This document shows positions 1 through 11,544 of a DNA stretch of 64,000 nt, piece by piece (within the stretch, counting starts at the first letter, position 1; each line of letters opens with the position of its first letter). The stretch is from Mobula birostris (lineage: Eukaryota): positions 26,591,821 through 26,655,820 of the forward strand of contig NC_092379.1 in assembly GCF_030028105.1 (NCBI RefSeq), in the 5' to 3' direction. Under the pieces are notes generated by a model. It was not told where the DNA came from. It was given only the letters and a program-made list of their open reading frames with translations, and searched no databases. The translations under genes were made by a program, and so were the position numbers.

Positions 1-560
1 GACTGAAAAATTGATGGTGCTGCAGTCCTTTGCCAAGAAATAAAGCATCTGTCTGCTCTATATTAGGTTGTCCACAGATAAGGCAATGCATCGACAAAAA
101 AAAGCAAAAGCAACAACATCTATGCAGTACATCAGAGTATTGCAAAGAAAAGTACATACAATGTTTAGTTGGTAGTCTGTAAAAGATAGAAAAGCTGGAA
201 TACTTAACTCATGCAACATTATGTAATGTGATCTTAGTTCAAGCACGAAACAAAGTGATAAGGATGTCAGAACATTTTATGGTTACTGCATTATTAAGGA
301 ATTACGAAGTAGAACCAGTGTTACAAAGCGCAGGTTAAACAATGTAAAGATACATTCACCAGGTATTCTCTGAAGTCTCTGACCGATGCACAATATCGAG
401 TTGCTTCAAATCACCTTAACGATATTTACGAAACTAGGTCTTCAGATTAAGAATGCACACGGATATTCTGGAAACGATAGGCTGAATTCTTGCCAATGAG
501 TTACATAGTACACAACCATAAGGATCATAAATTATAGATCCATTTAGTTCAGAATGTAAG

Positions 561-3558
561 ACCATAAGACCATAACACAAAGGAGCAGAAGTAGGCCATT
601 CGGCCCATCGAGTCTGCTCCGCCATTTTATCTTGAGCTGATCCATTTTCTCTTATTTAGTCCCACTCCCCTGCCTTCTCACCATAACCTTTGATGCCCTG
701 GCTACGCAGATACGTATCGATCTCTGCCTTAAATAAACCCAATGACTTGGCCTCCACTGCTGCCCGTGGGAATAAATTCCATAGATTGACCACCCTCTGA
801 CTAAAAAAATTGCTTCGCTTTTCTGTTCTGAAAAGGCGCCCTTCAATCCTTAAGTCATGCCCTCTCGTACTTGACTCCCCCATCATGGGAAACATCTTTG
901 CCACATTCACTCTGTCCATGCCTTTTAACATTCGAAATGTTTCTATGAGGTCTCCCCTCATTCTTCTAAACTCCAAGGAAAACAGTCCATGAGCGGACAA
1001 ACGTTCCTCATATGTTAAACCTCTCATTCCCGGAATCATTCTAGTGAATCTTCTCTGTACCCTCTCCAACGTCAGCACATCCTTTCTTAAATAAGGAGAC
1101 AAAAACTGCCCACAGTACTCCAAGTGAGGTCTCACCAGCGCCTTATAGAGCCTCAGCATCACATCCCTGCTCCTATACTCTATTCCTCTAGAAATGAATG
1201 CCAGCATTGCATTCGCCTTCTTCACTACTGACTCAACCTGGATGTTTACTTTAAGGGTATCCTGTACGAGGACTTCCAAGTCCTGTTGCATCTCAGAACG
1301 TTGAATTCTTTCCCCATTTAAGTAATAGTCTTCCCGTTTATTTGTTTTCTGCCAAAGTGCATAACCATACACTTTCCAACATTGTACTTCATTTGCCACT
1401 TCTCTGCCCATTCTTCCAATCTATCCAAGTTTCTCTACAGACTCTCCGTTTCCTCAGCACTACCGGCCCCTCCACCTATCTTCATATCGTCAACAAACTT
1501 AGCCACAAAGCCATCTATTCCATAATCTAAATCGTTGATGTGCAATGTAAAAAGAAGCGGCCCCAACACTTATCCCTGCGGAACACCAATGGTAACCAGC
1601 AGCCAACCAGAATAGTATCCCTTTATTCCCACTCTCTGTTTCCTGCCAATCAGCCAACGCTCTATCCAGGTATGTAACTTTCCCGTAATTCCATGGGCTC
1701 TTATCTTGTTTAGTAGCCTCATGTGTGACGCCTTGTCAAAGGCCTTCTGAAAATCCAAATATACAATATCCACTGCATCTCCCTTGTCTAGCCTACTGGT
1801 AAATTTCCTCAAAATATCGTAATAGTTATGTCAGGCAGGATTTTCCGTTAAGGAATCCATGCTGAGTTCTGCCTATCTTGTCATATGCCTCCAGGTACTC
1901 TGTAACCTCATCCTTGACAATCGACTCCAACAACTTCCCAACCACGGATGTCAAGCTAACAGGTCTATAATTTCCTTTTTGCCTCCTTGCCCACTTCTTA
2001 AATAGCGGAGTGACATTTGCAATCTTCCAGTTCTCAGGAACCATGCCAGAATCTATCGCCTTTTGAAAGGTCATCGCTAATGCCTCCTCAATCTCCACAG
2101 CTACTTCCTTCAGAACACCAGGGTGCACTCCATCTGGTCCAGGAGATTTATCTACCTTTAGCTTATTCACCTTCCCAATTACTTTCTCTGTCGTAATTGT
2201 GACTGCGCAGACTTCTCTTCCCTGCCACCCTTGAGTGTCCGGTAAACTGCTGTCTTCCTCAGTAAAGACTGATGCAAAATACTTGTTCAGTTCCTCTGCC
2301 ATCTACTCATCTCCCATTACAATTTTTCCAGCATCATTTCTATCTGTCCTATATCTACTCTCACCTGTCTTTTACTCTTAATATACTTGAAAAAAGCTTT
2401 TAGTATCCTCTTCGATATTATTTGCTAACTTCCTTTCATAGTTAATTTTTTCTCTCTTAATAACCTTCTTGGTTTCCTTTTGTTAGGTTTTACAAACTTC
2501 CCAATCCTCTCTCTTCCCACTAATTTCTGCTTCCTTGTATGCCCTGTCTTTTGCTTTAACTTTGGCTTTGACTTTTCTTGTCAACCACGGTTGCATCCTT
2601 TTTCCAATCGAGAATGTCTTCTTTTTTGGAATATACCTGTCTTGCACATTCGTCATTTCTCGCATAAACTCCAGCCACTGCTGCTCTGCTGTTTTCCCCG
2701 CCAGTGTCTCTTTCCAGTCAACTTTGGCCAGCTCCTCTCTCATGCCACTGTAATTTCCTTTACTCCACTGAAATACCGACACATCAGATTTCGGCTTCTC
2801 TTTTTCTAATTTCACAGTGAACTCAATCATGTTAATTTCACTGCCTCCTAAGGGTTCCTTCACCTCAATCTCTCCAATCACCTCCGGTTCATTACACAAT
2901 GCCCAATCCAGTACAGCCGATCCCCTAGTAGGATCAACAACAAGCTGTTCTAAAAAGCCATCTCGCAGACATTCTACAAATTTTCTCTCTTGAGATCCAG
3001 TGCTGACCTGGTTTTCCCAATCTACTCGTATGTTAAAATCCACCACAATTATCATAACACTGTCCTTCTGACAAGCCTTTTCTATTCCCAGTTGTAATTT
3101 GTAGTCCACATCCCTGCAGCTGTTTGGAGGCCTATAAATAAACTGCCATCAGGGTCCTTTTACCCCTGCTATTTCTTAGCTCAACTCATAAAGATTCTGC
3201 ACCTTCCGATCGTATATCGCCTGTTTCTAATGATTTAATATCAATTTTTTTTTTACCAATAAAGCCACGCCTCCCCCTCTGCCTACCTTCCTATCCTTCC
3301 GATACACCGTGTATACTTGGACGTTCAGCTCTCAGAGACATGCATCCTTTAGCCAGGTCTCAGTGATGGTCACAATATCATACCTGCTATTCTGTAGCTG
3401 TACAACAAGATCATCCACCTTATTCCTTATTCCTTATGCGGCCTGCATTTAAGTACAACACTTTAAGACCAGTATTTGACACTTTTTGCTTTGATTTCAA
3501 TGCAACTTTATTGCACTGCAACTCATCCCAATGGCTACAAACTTGCCCCATCACCTGC
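561..3558 (-). mobile_element. CR1-type LINE, 5'-truncated, degraded ORF2 (APE endonuclease + RT) and 3' tail
   Basis: Minus-strand frames give KVLYLNAGRIRNK (endonuclease start), NYRPVSLTSVVGKLLES, DIVYLDFQKAF, GVPQG and LVRPHLEYC. The 3' tail has (CTTATGGT)n repeats at 557-577. Multiple frameshifts and stops. Confidence 0.93.
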
Positions 3559-4039
3559 CTGTGTTGCAGGCTAATTTTTCGCAGACTGAGCGGTGAGGTG
3601 ATTCCAATCAAACGCATCTCTTAGCAGTTGGGTGCACAAACTTCCGTCACGTGAAGATTTTCTCCATTTCCATACCTCTGTATTACTGTCAGCTAACCAC
3701 CTGCAACAAAGGTCTTCTTGAAATAAGTTATAGTACTTAGCACTCACTAAGTGAAGCAGGGCCCCACCATCGTACTTCGGAATAGCCTCATTGCATCTGT
3801 TTGTATCTAAGCGATATTAGGATTTTTTTCTTGTGGTCTGCTCTATCTATGCCAGTCATTTTATGTACCACAACGACGTCCCTTCTTATTCAACGCCGCT
3901 CATTGGAGAACAAACCTAGGGTCACCAGACTCTTGTCATAACCAAGCTCCTTCAGCCCATGCAAAGAAATTGCATCTACTCTGTCCCTCCCTATCGCTTT
4001 GTACAATAACTGGACGTAGACCTCAGAGGATGTCATATA

Positions 4040-6340
4040 TATTTTATAAAATTCGATTATTATTTCGAATTCGATTTCCTTTCTTTTTTTTGCTTTAATG
4101 GTCACACCAGTTGAACTATGTGATTCGCAAACATAATGTTGTTGATCATGGAATTCAACCTCACGTATTTCGCTCCACAATGTGAAGATTGACTCCCTAA
4201 ACGAGCAATATAATTACCCTCGGCTGTTTGATTTAAACATCAATTGTAGTATTTTCTGTTGTTCGAAGATCAATGAGTTAGGAAGATCATCATATTCGAG
4301 ATAGTGTGCATTTGAGAGCAAAGGAATGCAGCTCCGATGCTCAACTTCAAACTATCAACATGGAATTAACTTTTTATAAAGTTAAGAACTTGTTCTCGAT
4401 GTTCGTCAACGTCTTTCGTCAAAGAAATTGAAAAATATTTTTCTCCGCACTTTATCTTGGTTTTACACATCCTCCAGCTTTTAAAGTTTGCGTAGATGCC
4501 AGTCTTTATTATTTGCTTGGCAGCTCGGCTAAGAAAGTGGGATTTTATTTCAGTACCATACATAATGGTGACTTTAGGATATTAAATAGAAAGTTTTATT
4601 TCATCCATATGTTTCAATATATGCGACCGCAGCGCGCGCTGCCACTTTGGTGGTGATGTCTGTTATCTGTCAAGTAGGTGATCGTCCACAATTCTGATTC
4701 GATGGAGGCGGACGCGAGCGTACGGAGGAACATCTGAAAAACTTCTGAAATGTCTGCTTCTCTGCTGCTGCTGCTGTGTGGTAACCGGAATCTCCGGAGC
4801 AGAAGGCTCCGAGTTCCTCGGCTTTGCTTGTTTTAGCGGCCGGGGCGAGGTCGAAGGCGTTTGGCAGAGGATGGCGCTCGGAACGCTGTATCGGAGAGGT
4901 TGGTCGGAAGCACGAATTTTTCGGACGGATAGACTCAGTGCTGGCTGTGTTCGGCTGCCTCCAAGGCATCGGCAAGTTGACGGTGCCTGGTGTTTTATGG
5001 CAAGGAGTTTCTCCCTTTTGCCGCCTGCTATCGGGGACTCGGGAGTCGATCGACTCGGGGACTTTTATGACTTTATTTACCGTGTCCATGGTTTGTTTTT
5101 CATCACATCATGGTATTGCTTTGCACTGCTGTAACTTATCTTATAATTGTGTGGTTCTGTCACTGTTATTCTTTGGTTTGTCATGATCTCTGTGATATCA
5201 CTCCGATGAAACATTGTATCATTTCTTAATGTATGTATGCATTTCTAAATGACAATAAAAGAAGACTGAGTGTTCTCATCATCTCATATACCTGCCAGTC
5301 ATGCCGACCCACGGGTACATGCTAATATTTCAAAGTGCTCCAAGTTCTAGTTTCTTTATTTTTTTTTCAGCAAAAGTGAAATTTCGTCCTGACTGTTAAC
5401 CGGCGCTCCAAGGCATCCTCTTTGACACCAAAGAGCTTCGGTTTGGGGAATTTCTTAATAATCTCCAGCCACTTCTCGACAAAGTCCTTTAAAATACGAT
5501 TCTTCTGTGATTTGCTTCAAAAACGGTTGATAACTTTTATATCTGTTGACTAGACTTCTTTCAGGGCTTTTCGAATAATCCTGGTTGCCATTGGAAATCT
5601 GCTTAAGAAATAAAGATTGAAGCCATCTTTTGGAGTTTCAATGCTCGCTAAAGTAGCTAAACCAGATGCAAGGCCTGGTGTCACAACAGCTCCATCTGTC
5701 CAAAGGGTACGCATTTGTTGCGTCCAGTCAAGTTCCTGCTTGGTTAAAAACGTTCATATAAACGTCGACGTGTTTTGTCATTTTCTGGAATGGATGCAGA
5801 AAATAGGAATTCATATCGAGCAGCATCATCCTGCGTAAAAAAGATTACAACAAAAAAAAACTCACAGCACTGAAATGCCTGTAGGTACACGCTGATTGGG
5901 AATTGTGAGGCTGCCAATGTCTCAATGTCGTGCTGTGAAACTAGAAAAGAGTTATCAACTATTCTTAAAAATTATAACATTGTTTGGTGAAGGGACACTT
6001 TACAGTTTCCCTTTCCCCTCAATTATAGTCCATCTGGAGCTCAGCCACTTGCAGTCCACATCGATTTACTTTAATCTCTCCCATAGCGTGAAGCTCATTT
6101 TATTTGGCAATCTGGCATGCAGGTTTATGTGATTGTTTCATAAATGGGTTGTCGTTGAACGGTAAATTTAAATATTCAAAGTCACAATTATTGCCAATTT
6201 AACTTTCTACGAAGACAGCTCAGACGCATTTTTGCATGGAATGACATGAGGTGCGCCTTCGGTTCTGTTATCACGTCACATACATTGATGAAATATGTGA
6301 CTTTTAATAAAGAGTATTCGACATACGTCCTTTCCTTCAA
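4040..6340 (-). mobile_element. Fossil hAT (Charlie/Buster-like) DNA transposase, near full length, interrupted by a retroposon
   Basis: Frame-stitched minus translation gives, in family order: ACQIAK*NELHAMGE (~IAKAKKPHTIGE), EFLFSASIP (~EFLFCKPL), LDW..WTDGA (5688-5699), ALKEV*STDIKVIN, TEALWCQRG (~TEVRWLSRG), KHMDEIKLS (~HLNELNLS), YVCESHSS..IKAK (4121-4129; ~YLCESGFS..IKTK). Boundaries approximate. Confidence 0.8.
4627..5285 (+). mobile_element. CpG-rich ~660-bp SINE-like retroposon inserted into the hAT fossil
   Basis: GC/CpG-rich body with a LINE-type 3' tail (CATTTCTAAATGACAATAAAAGAAGACTGAGTGTTCTCAT). Removing it rejoins the hAT motif WL..LAYL|S[D]I[F]. Family not identified. Confidence 0.65.
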
Positions 6341-6914
6341 CATTTCAATTTCAAATATTCTACTCAATTAACTTTTCTTTTTTTGAGACCAATATCATTG
6401 ATTTCGGAATTAATTTCTTTAGTAAATCACCAAACGGAAGAAATCGGTATGCTAATTAAGTGAAGTTTAAGACGCTTTCCAAAACTTGTCCAGCAAGAAA
6501 GGAAAACATGGCAGGTTTTGCAATTTATCGGAATTTTAACATTGTTCCTGGCTTTTCGATACTTAGATAGAGAAAAGGGTTAGAACAGTATATTACGCAT
6601 TGTGTTCTTCTTGGAATTCGGCCAATTGTTGCTCATACCGGCGCGTGGTACAATGAAAAGCCGCGCAGATTGGAGGAAAAACAAATTATATTTCTCCCGG
6701 GTAATTTCCAACCTAATGAAATGAACATATGCTTCTTGAGCATACGGTAATGCCTCGCCCTCCCCCGGTAACATTAATTTTACTTGTGCTCTCCTCTCGT
6801 AAATTACTTGCAGAACGAAAAAGAAGTCTGCGAAAATGTCATCACTGGCTCTGCCGTGATCTCTGTGAAAGTTCAGGATAGCCACGTCACGGATATGAAG
6901 ACAGAGACAGAGAC

Positions 6915-6960
6915 GGGGGGAGGGAGGGGTGGGGGAGGAGAGAGAGAGAGAGAGAGAGAG
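6915..6960 (+). repeat. G-tract cluster (G6-A-G3-A-G4-T-G5) followed by (GA)11 microsatellite
   Basis: Read directly from sequence; matches a G-quadruplex pattern with 1-nt loops. Confidence 0.9.
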
Positions 6961-7689
6961 CGACCGTCAGAGATTCTGCAATTACTCAGGAGAGAGCTTT
7001 AATTCACCACAAATAATTAGAAAATATAGTTGCATCATCTTTTTTGACGTATGCATATTAGAAAAGAGATATGAAAACCGGAAACAATGCTGTGAGTGAT
7101 GCATTCCGCAAACGTGAAAATTTCGTTTTAAACACCGGCGCATTAAACGAATGAATTATGGACTACTTATACCTGTCAATGATATTTGCATTTTAAATCA
7201 CATTTGCTCTTATTATTGATTTTTTTTTTTTTTTAATTCAAAGTTGCCTCACCGTTCCCGGCAGTGATGGCACAGAAATGACTACACAATATACGATGAA
7301 TGGAATATAGCAATGCACACAAAACGTTGAAGCAAGTACACAGCCAGGTTGCATGAAGAAATAGAAATTCAAAGTATAGGCAATTTTTAGAGTATACTTC
7401 ATGAAGGTGTTGGAACGTTTTGCTATCAACACAGAAGAAAATCTTTCAATTTCCAAGGGAGGTACTAACAAGGCAGAAGTGGACAGAGAGCAGTTGCAGA
7501 GGTCGTGCTACTTCTACCTAAAGACTGATCGAGAGAATAAAGTTCAATACCATGTTCATAGTGACTTCACAATGGACAGACGGGGAGTGTGTTGCCCTTT
7601 AAGCAGATGTTTAGCTTTGTTCGGTTTCCGCTTTGAATAAATTGTTTGTAACTCTTTTCTAGTTAAAGTTAAAGATAAAATCCAATGTC

Positions 7690-7940
7690 TGTGGTATATC
7701 GCGGCATGTGCTGGCGTCAACTCCAGATTCGCTGCGTCCTGGGGGTAACTTCCTGTTCGGAGAAGGTGAAAAGTTGGGGCCGTGCGTGCAGCATGAACAC
7801 AAAGTGCTCCGTGTCCACACACAAAGAAACATTAGAGAAGCAACGCCGTAAGTTCGGAAACAGTATTTGAAGTGAAAATATTAACGCGGATTCTGTTAAA
7901 GGAAGCGGCGGTTGGAGCGGCGCACATGGCGGCATATTCC
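7690..7940. promoter_or_regulatory. CpG-rich promoter-like patch (ETS- and YY1-like motifs)
   Basis: High CpG density in AT-rich surroundings, with ACTTCCTG, GGAAGCGGCGG and CATGGCGGC. Function is inferred only. Confidence 0.3.
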
Positions 7941-10039
7941 TTTTTTTTAGCAACGATTTTCACCATACGATGTTACGTTGGAAGAGTGAACAGTACATGG
8001 TTAACTTTACAACGACTCTGTTTTCATTGGCTCCGTTTAACTTGGTGTTTAGTCAGAGTTTCAACACACTACACGAGAACATTTCAAAGCAAAAGATTAT
8101 TTTCTGTTTTTTTTCACAAAGGATAGATTATATGACAGGTAAACTAATTCACAATCTTATAATAACTAGGGACTTCGAAAATTAAGTCTGATCATGGATG
8201 AGTATTCCATTATCTTTGTTTGAAAGATTAGTGATGACACAAGTTGTAGTTTGGTACAAAAACTGAAATTATGAGGCGTTTCCTCAAAATGGAAAACAGT
8301 TTAGTCAATTACCCCACTACTTCAGACATGCAACTTCCCATGTTCTCCTCTGAGTTTTGATGAATATATGACTTTGAAATAGTTGCATAAATCACTCAAT
8401 CTGATGGAGATATCTACGCGCTTGGAACATACGCCAACACAAATAATCAGCAGAAAAACATAAAAATGGAGAAAACTGATCTAATCACCAATACAGTTCG
8501 TTACAGTCTGCAAATTACCACTGAAAATTTGTCTTTATCATTGTACGTTTCACCCCGCTGCGGTGGGGAAGGACAATGATGGAGGGCATCCCAGTGTGAG
8601 TAAAACAATCCTCAGCATTGAGAGTAACCTCGTCATCCCTCTTTGCATCCACACGAAACATTGAATGCAAACAGTGTGAACAATAGACAGAGCCATCAGA
8701 GACTACATACTACACAGTTGAATAACACGCCATGTTGCCAAGTAAAAACGTATATTTTAACAGGTTTTCAATTTATTCGACGAGAACTTCCAATACTGGC
8801 AACACTAAATATAAAATAAAATAGGCCAATTCTATATCATGAAAATCATTGAATTGAATATGTATTTCATCTAATCAAACATAATCAGACACCATAGTCT
8901 TAAAGAGACACAATTTAATTGGTATTGTATGTACGCCATCGAAAATATAATACTGTTAATAAAGTTGTGTGATATTAATATATTATGAAACACAGGGATT
9001 AACGCCGTATTCTCATTATTGAAAGACAATAAAGTTCATGACGCTTGCAATTCAGTGCTCTGAGCTTGATGTCGAATTATATAGACTTCTCCTTTCCGAC
9101 CCAGAGAGTTTTCTGGAGCAGAATAGCACCTCAGAAACGACATGTTTTCCAGCCTAAGAACACACAACACAATCCATTTTAAAAGATGCAAATCAGTACT
9201 CTGTTGTCTCAAACTGATCTTCACTGCAATTATGTTGAAATGAGTATTCATTAAAATAAATTATGCATTCATCAAAGGCTCTAAATTGGAGGCCGATGCA
9301 GAAAGACACGCAAGAGACATGCTAACCTTGTTTTGCACTTTCAGCTTCCAGCTGCCTTCTAGCGGTACTGTGCTGCATAAAACTTTACCGAGTATTAGCT
9401 GCTCTGAATTCACTGGTGAACACGAAGAATTTGGTAATAGACTGCCCCTCTGTCAATTTAAACGGACTGTTTCATCCACAGCTTTGAAGTGGGTTTGAAG
9501 TGGGAATTTTCTGTGATTTTTGCTTTCAATCATACTGCCATGCATGGAGCGTTTGCTGATAAACGATAGAGGTACGACTTGCCTTCACGGTGCAGTGAGC
9601 ACAATGGGTGCATTTTTGTAAAGGATAGCATTGTTGATACGAAAGTTGATTCCGCTAACATCAGTTAACATTGTTCTCAGAGAATGACTGCATTTACAAA
9701 TTCTTTATCAAAACAAACCCATTCGTTACCTTCCAGCTCTTTCCTCACGTGATCTCTAATTAAGCCCAGATGCAATAAAGAACACTTATGTCGCGTTAGT
9801 TTTATTCCAGCACAAGAAATAACATCAGGGAAGGCACATGCCTGCGAAAGTAGGGCACTCTCCTTTCATAACGGAGAAAGATTTACTCCAGCCCCTGTGT
9901 TCTTTAGCGCCCACTAAAAATATCCGGCTGTGCAGATTAAGGAAGACTCCGTTCCGAGCAAAGGGCTATGTTACGGTAGTGTTGTGGTGGTATGGATCTC
10001 TCAAAGTTGCCAAGGCAAAGAGTAGTACCTGCTCATCGA

Positions 10040-11220
10040 CCAGATCAGAACATAATACAAGAAATAGGAGCAACAGTAAGCCACCTGGCCCATCGAGCCT
10101 GCCCCACTATTCAATAAGATCATGGCCATGGACTCATCTCCACCTGCTCGTTTCCACCAATAGACCATAGTTCTCCTACTATACATGAAAAAAAAATGAT
10201 CCAACTTTGCCTTAATTATGTTTACTCAGGTAGTCTCCAGTGTTTCAGTGGGCGAATAATTCCACAAATCCTCCACCCTCTGGGAAAAGCAGTAGCTCCT
10301 CATCACGGTACTAAATCTGCTCCCGCGATGCTTGAGGCTATGATCCTAGCCCTAGGCATACCTACTAGTGGAAATAATATTCCTCACTCTCTTTCATCAA
10401 TCTCTTTCATAATGTTATATATTTTCGATAAGATCTCCTTTCATTCTGCTGTTTTCCAACATGCACAGGCAAAGAGCACTACATTTTCCATCAAATTCTA
10501 AGCAAATCCTCTCTGGAATCAGCCTAGCACCTTATCGATTGGCTGCTGCACCTGAAAACTAACCCTTTTGCGATTCATGCACAAACACTCCCGTTCTTCT
10601 GCATAACCGCATGCTGTATGATTTTTACCTTTAAAAAAAATTCTGCACTTCCAGTTTACTTCGAATGTAAATGACTTTGTATTTACCAACATTTAACTCC
10701 ATCTGCCAGACGCTTGCCCATGCATTAAACCTATCTACATTTCGTGGAAGACTCTTCGTGTCTCTTGCACAATTTGAATTTCCACTCAATTTAGTGCCAT
10801 CAGCAAACGTAGAATCACTATTGTCGATCCTTTTTTTTCCAAGATAGTTAATGCATATCATGAAGAGTTGCGGGCCCAGCACCAATCCCTGCGGCACACC
10901 AGTTACCATTGATTTCCAACCAGAGTATAACCCAAGAATCCAACATGCTTTCTATCAGTTAACCACTCCACTTTCAGTGTTCATACATTATCCTGACCTC
11001 TATGCACCCTTGTCTTATGGATGAGTCTTTATGTGGCACCTATCAGGCCGTTTTCTGGAAATACAAGAAAATAACGTCCACCGTTCCCCTTCTATCCACC
11101 ACGCTCGTTATATCTTCAATGATCCCCAATAAGTTTGTCGAACAGAATCTGCATTTGTTGGATTATTGCCGCGTCTGTCTGATGGATCTGCTTATTTCCA
11201 AATCTCCATTTCTTCAATGA
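10040..11220 (-). mobile_element. Older, strongly decayed CR1 LINE 3' fragment (RT + tail)
   Basis: VTGVPQGLVLGPQLFMICINYL..FADGTKL..WQMELNVGK (10631-10909) and VDRRGTVDVIFLYFQK, plus a degenerate CR1 tail near 10050-10150. Confidence 0.85.
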
Positions 11221-11544
11221 TAGCTCAAGCATTTTTCAGAAACACCGATGTGTTTTGATAGCTGCTGTGAAGCCATCAGAACTGGTGCTTGATTGTAGTA
11301 TGAACATCTGTTGCATATCCCAAGTCGTGTGAGCAGTGACGCAATGGATACAAAACCGGAAGACTACTGATTTTGGCGATTACCACCTGTCTTGTCAAGA
11401 CACTACCCAGAAGTACAACATCACAAACTCATTATTTTAAAAACAACAAGAACAATCAGGGCAGAAAACATGACCGCCCGCATCAGACGAAACGACACAT
11501 TGTGATGTTATTGATGGTCATGTTAATTCAGCTGTCTTTTTATC

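Noticed and set aside
3625-3643. CAGTTGGGTGCACAAACTT as the hAT terminal inverted repeat
   Set aside because: Only loosely Charlie-like, and no matching inverted copy or 8-bp TSD was found at the other end.
5825-5865. Polypyrimidine-CAG splice acceptor on the minus strand suggesting a host exon
   Set aside because: It lies inside the continuous hAT fossil frame (FTQDDAA..EFLF), so it is coincidental.
4040-6340. RAG/Transib-type transposon next to the V genes
   Set aside because: The motifs are hAT-specific (TDGA, TEVRW-like, YLCES-like), not Transib or RAG1.
7280-7600. V-like fragments (ERFSSVLIAKRSNTF on minus; LSISKGG on plus, reminiscent of VNAR)
   Set aside because: No correctly spaced Cys/Trp/Cys and no RSS; the similarity is within chance.
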